Positions 61,285-64,000 of a DNA stretch of 64,000 nucleotides are shown here, piece by piece. The stretch is from Syntrophales bacterium (GTDB lineage Bacteria; Desulfobacterota; Syntrophia; Syntrophales; UBA2192), in NCBI GenBank assembly GCA_036725345.1, contig DAIMEJ010000013.1, forward strand, positions 19,162-83,161, written 5' to 3'. Position numbers and translations under genes: made by a program. The notes beneath the pieces were generated by a model. That model was given only the letters and a program-made list of their open reading frames with translations, had not been told where the DNA came from and made no database searches. Each line of letters begins with the position of its first letter. Position 1 is the stretch's first letter.

Positions 61285-61470
61285 ATGGAGAAGCTGTACA
61301 CAGTAGAAGAAACTAGACAGGCCCTGAAAATTTCGCGTGGCACGCTTTACGCTTTAATAAAGGGAAAAAAGATAAAACCCGTGAAGCTGGGAGGCCGCAC
61401 GCTTTTCACTGAAACGGAATTGGCAAATTTTATCGAGAGGTTAAAAAAAGTCGCAAGCGAGCCGATATAA
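61285..61470 (+). CDS. excisionase-family / MerR-like helix-turn-helix DNA-binding protein
   Basis: 61 aa. LYTVEETRQALKISRGTLYALIKGKKIKPVKLGGRTLF matches the HTH_17 excisionase-family pattern. Confidence 0.75.
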   Translation: MEKLYTVEETRQALKISRGTLYALIKGKKIKPVKLGGRTLFTETELANFIERLKKVASEPI

Positions 61471-61500
61471 TTATAGCGGGCAGTCCATACGGATGAAACT

Positions 61501-62412
61501 ATGGCAAGAAAACACACGGCGATAATTCTGGGAATCCTGTTGATGGGCAGTATCGTGGTGATCCCGGAAACGGCGGGATTGTCTAAAAAGCCGAAGTCCC
61601 CGGTCCCGCACAAGCGCGCCGCTGTCGTCGCGAAGAATCAACGGGCCCCCCGGCTCCTCCTGCACTCTTCCTGCGTGCTGGTTGAGGACCAGCTGTCCGG
61701 CGAATTCCTCGTTCAGAAAAATGCGATGGCCGTCGTGCCCATTGCGTCCATCACCAAGATCATGACAGCCATGGTGCTGCTGGATGCCGGGCTGGATCTC
61801 CACGAGTTAATCACGATCGAACGTGAAGACGTGGACACACTGCGTCACAGCCAGTCTCGCCTGCCGGTGGGAACGCGGCTGACACGCCGGGAAGCCCTGC
61901 TGCTGGCTTTGATGGCTTCCGAAAACCGGGCGGCAAACGCCCTGGGTCGCACTTATCCGGGCGGCCGGGACATCCTCGTTATCGACATGAACGCGAAAGC
62001 CCGTTCACTGGGGCTCACGGATACCTTCTTTGTGGATCCCGCGGGACTGGGCGGCGGCAACGTCTCCTCCGCCGTAGAACTGGCACGGATGATGGAAGTC
62101 GCTTACGAATACCCGTTGATCCGGGAATTCACCACCTGCAAGGAGGCCGTGATACAGTCGGGCCGCCGCAAGATGGCCTTCCACAACACCAATCACCTGG
62201 TCCGGAGCTCCCGCTGGAAGATCGGCCTCTCCAAGACGGGTTTCATCGACGAGGCGGGCCGATGCCTGGTCATGCAGGCTCACGTGGGCGGGCGCCCTGT
62301 CCTGATTGTCCTTCTGGATGCGCAGGGCAAGTTCGCCCGCTTCGGCGACGCCAACCGGATCAGGCAGTGGATGGAGGGTCCCCCGCCGTCACGGAAAACG
62401 CGGAGAGCCTGA
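61501..62412 (+). CDS. D-alanyl-D-alanine endopeptidase/carboxypeptidase (peptidase S11, PbpG-like)
   Basis: 303 aa. Signal peptide, then SITK (SxxK), SEN (ASENRAANAL) and KTG (LSKTGFI) motifs. Confidence 0.85.
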   Translation: MARKHTAIILGILLMGSIVVIPETAGLSKKPKSPVPHKRAAVVAKNQRAPRLLLHSSCVLVEDQLSGEFLVQKNAMAVVPIASITKIMTAMVLLDAGLDLHELITIEREDVDTLRHSQSRLPVGTRLTRREALLLALMASENRAANALGRTYPGGRDILVIDMNAKARSLGLTDTFFVDPAGLGGGNVSSAVELARMMEVAYEYPLIREFTTCKEAVIQSGRRKMAFHNTNHLVRSSRWKIGLSKTGFIDEAGRCLVMQAHVGGRPVLIVLLDAQGKFARFGDANRIRQWMEGPPPSRKTRRA

Positions 62413-62838
62413 CCGGGCCTCCAGGCGTGACACCCTGAAATATGTCATTGATTTTTCCCGCGCAGTCATATAACTTAATTACTGATTCTGCAGCAACACT
62501 TCCGCCTCATCACCTGTTGCTCCGCTTCCAGTTGCGCTGAATTCGCAACGGTCAAATTTTAAAGAGGCAAGTTAATCACGGAGGAGTTTATCCGGGCTTA
62601 TCGTTTGAAGTAGGGCTGTCGTGACAGGAGTATCGTTCCAGTGCACCAGGTGATGCCCTAGCGATTGACATTTCTGACCCGCTTCAATCCTTTGAGGAGG
62701 GCGCCATGGCCGGCCAATGAAACCCCGCTGCTCAAAAGCATGTGGGGTTTTGTATTTCAAGCCGCCTGGATGACAGTACCGGCTTAACGCCGCCAGAACT
62801 CCCGGTGCGCCATAGACAAAAGAGAAAGGAGGGTGTCC

Positions 62839-64000
62839 ATGAGGGGAAAAGAAAAGGAAGTAACTGAAACGTCGGAAGCTGAAATCGCGGTCCACTGGGG
62901 GGAAGAGCAATTCTTCTATCCGTCGACACAGTTTATCGCCCAGGCCAACCTGACCGACCCGCAGGTTTTCGAGCGGTTCGGCCTTGAGAATTTCCCCAAT
63001 TGTTTCAAGGAATATGCCGATCTCCTGACGTGGTACGAATACTGGCACACGACGCTGGACACCAGTGACGCCCCGTGCTGGAAGTGGTTTGTCGGCGGCA
63101 AGATCAACGCGAGTTACAACTGCATCGACAGGCATCTGGCAAAGAATAAGAACAAGACAGCCATTCACTTCGTCCCGGAGCTCGAGGATGAAAAAGTCGA
63201 GCACATCACCTACCAGGAACTCTATGTCCGGGTGAATGAGTTCGCGGCGGTCCTGAAGGACTTCTGCGGACTGAAGGCCGGGGACACCGTCACGCTCCAC
63301 ATGCCCATGGTGGCCGAACTGCCGATCACGATGCTTGCCTGCGCAAGACTCGGTATCATACACTCGCAGGTCTTCGGCGGTTTCAGCGGCAAGGCCTGTT
63401 CGGAAAGGATCGTTGACTCGGGCAGTCGTGTCCTCATCACCATGGACGCCTATTACAGGGGTGGGCAGCTCATTGACCACAAGGAAAAGGCCGATACGGC
63501 CGTTGCGGAAGCAGCCGCGGATAAACAGAAGGTGGATAAAGTCCTCGTATGGCAGCGTTATCCCGGCAAGTATTCCGCGCAGACACCGATGGTTGAAGGC
63601 CGCGATTTCTTTATCAATGACCTGCTCAAAAAATATTACGGGGCAAGGATTGACCCTGTGAAGATGCCCGCGGAAGCGCCGCTCTTTCTCATGTACACCA
63701 GCGGGACGACCGGGCGACCCAAGGGTGCGCAGCACAGCACAGGCGGCTACCTGGCCTATGTGGCCGGCACATCCAAATACGTCCAGGACATTCATCCCGA
63801 AGATGTTTACTGGTGCCTGGCCGACATCGGATGGATCACCGGCCATTCCTACATCGTGTACGGCCCCCTGGCCATATGCGCATCCTCTGTTATTTACGAA
63901 GGCATTCCGAATTATCCGGACGCGGGCAGGCCCTGGAGGATTGCACAGGAACTGGATGTCAACATCTTCCACACTGCGCCGACGGCCATCCGTGCCCTGA
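62839..64000 (+). CDS. acs: acetyl-CoA synthetase (AMP-forming), N-terminal ~387 codons (3' end outside the window)
   Basis: ATG at 62839 after aaggaggg, with the frame open to the window end. My own translation gives ...WKWFVGGKINASYNCIDRHL...LFLMYTSGTTGRPKGAQHSTGGYL...DIGWITGHSYIVYGPL. It is absent from the ORF track because it has no stop codon in the window. Confidence 0.9.
   Translation, partial: MRGKEKEVTETSEAEIAVHWGEEQFFYPSTQFIAQANLTDPQVFERFGLENFPNCFKEYADLLTWYEYWHTTLDTSDAPCWKWFVGGKINASYNCIDRHLAKNKNKTAIHFVPELEDEKVEHITYQELYVRVNEFAAVLKDFCGLKAGDTVTLHMPMVAELPITMLACARLGIIHSQVFGGFSGKACSERIVDSGSRVLITMDAYYRGGQLIDHKEKADTAVAEAAADKQKVDKVLVWQRYPGKYSAQTPMVEGRDFFINDLLKKYYGARIDPVKMPAEAPLFLMYTSGTTGRPKGAQHSTGGYLAYVAGTSKYVQDIHPEDVYWCLADIGWITGHSYIVYGPLAICASSVIYEGIPNYPDAGRPWRIAQELDVNIFHTAPTAIRAL

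Noticed and set aside
62572-63972. 466-aa ORF on the minus strand, the longest track ORF in this region
   Set aside because: It is antisense to a plus-strand frame that is open from the ATG at 62839 to the window end. That frame translates into unmistakable acetyl-CoA synthetase motifs (WKWFVGGKINASYNCIDRHL, YTSGTTGRPKG, DIGWITGHSY). The minus-strand product is Arg/Gly/Pro/His-rich with no recognisable motifs. It is a GC-driven shadow ORF.

Overview
A 64-kb, GC-rich, densely coded bacterial window dominated by anaerobic acyl-CoA metabolism. I did not compute GC content; that is a judgement by eye.

Gene content I can support:
- Six acyl-CoA dehydrogenases.
- Four crotonase-fold enzymes.
- Six adenylate-forming CoA ligases, two of them cut by the window edges, plus one decayed ligase remnant.
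- Two EtfAB pairs, one inside an ACAD-fixC-fixX-fixA-fixB block that sits behind a textbook-looking sigma-54 promoter and next to a sigma-54 activator gene.
- Two tandem ADP-forming acyl-CoA synthetases.
- Two biotin-type carboxyltransferases: one PccB/methylmalonyl-CoA type with an adjacent epimerase, and one GcdA-like beside a glutaryl-CoA-dehydrogenase-like ACAD.
- A thiolase/DUF35 pair.

This content resembles fatty-, dicarboxylic- or alicyclic-acid-degrading, possibly syntrophic, Deltaproteobacteria. That placement is inference only; no search was run.

Past an IS-remnant junction near 39 kb lies a MarR-controlled module: an FMN NMO/FabK-like gene, a Liv-type ABC importer with a fused ATPase, a CoA ligase, a dienoyl-CoA-isomerase-like enzyme, and a second NMO gene. 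The two NMO genes share a perfectly identical 895-bp core while their ends have diverged.

The region from 49.7 to 62.4 kb is accessory-like. It holds small membrane and secreted hypotheticals, a one-gene insert bracketed by a perfect 28-bp direct repeat, and a stand-alone SpoT-type HD hydrolase. Its most interesting unexplained content is a cluster of a deaminase-type amidohydrolase, a tandem UDG-fold-like protein, a signal-less ulilysin-like M43 metzincin and a small conserved-looking protein.

The window ends inside an AMP-forming acetyl-CoA synthetase that the ORF track omits because it has no stop codon in the window. Many long ORFs on the opposite strand of real genes are GC-driven shadows.

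I found no rRNA, tRNA or CRISPR.
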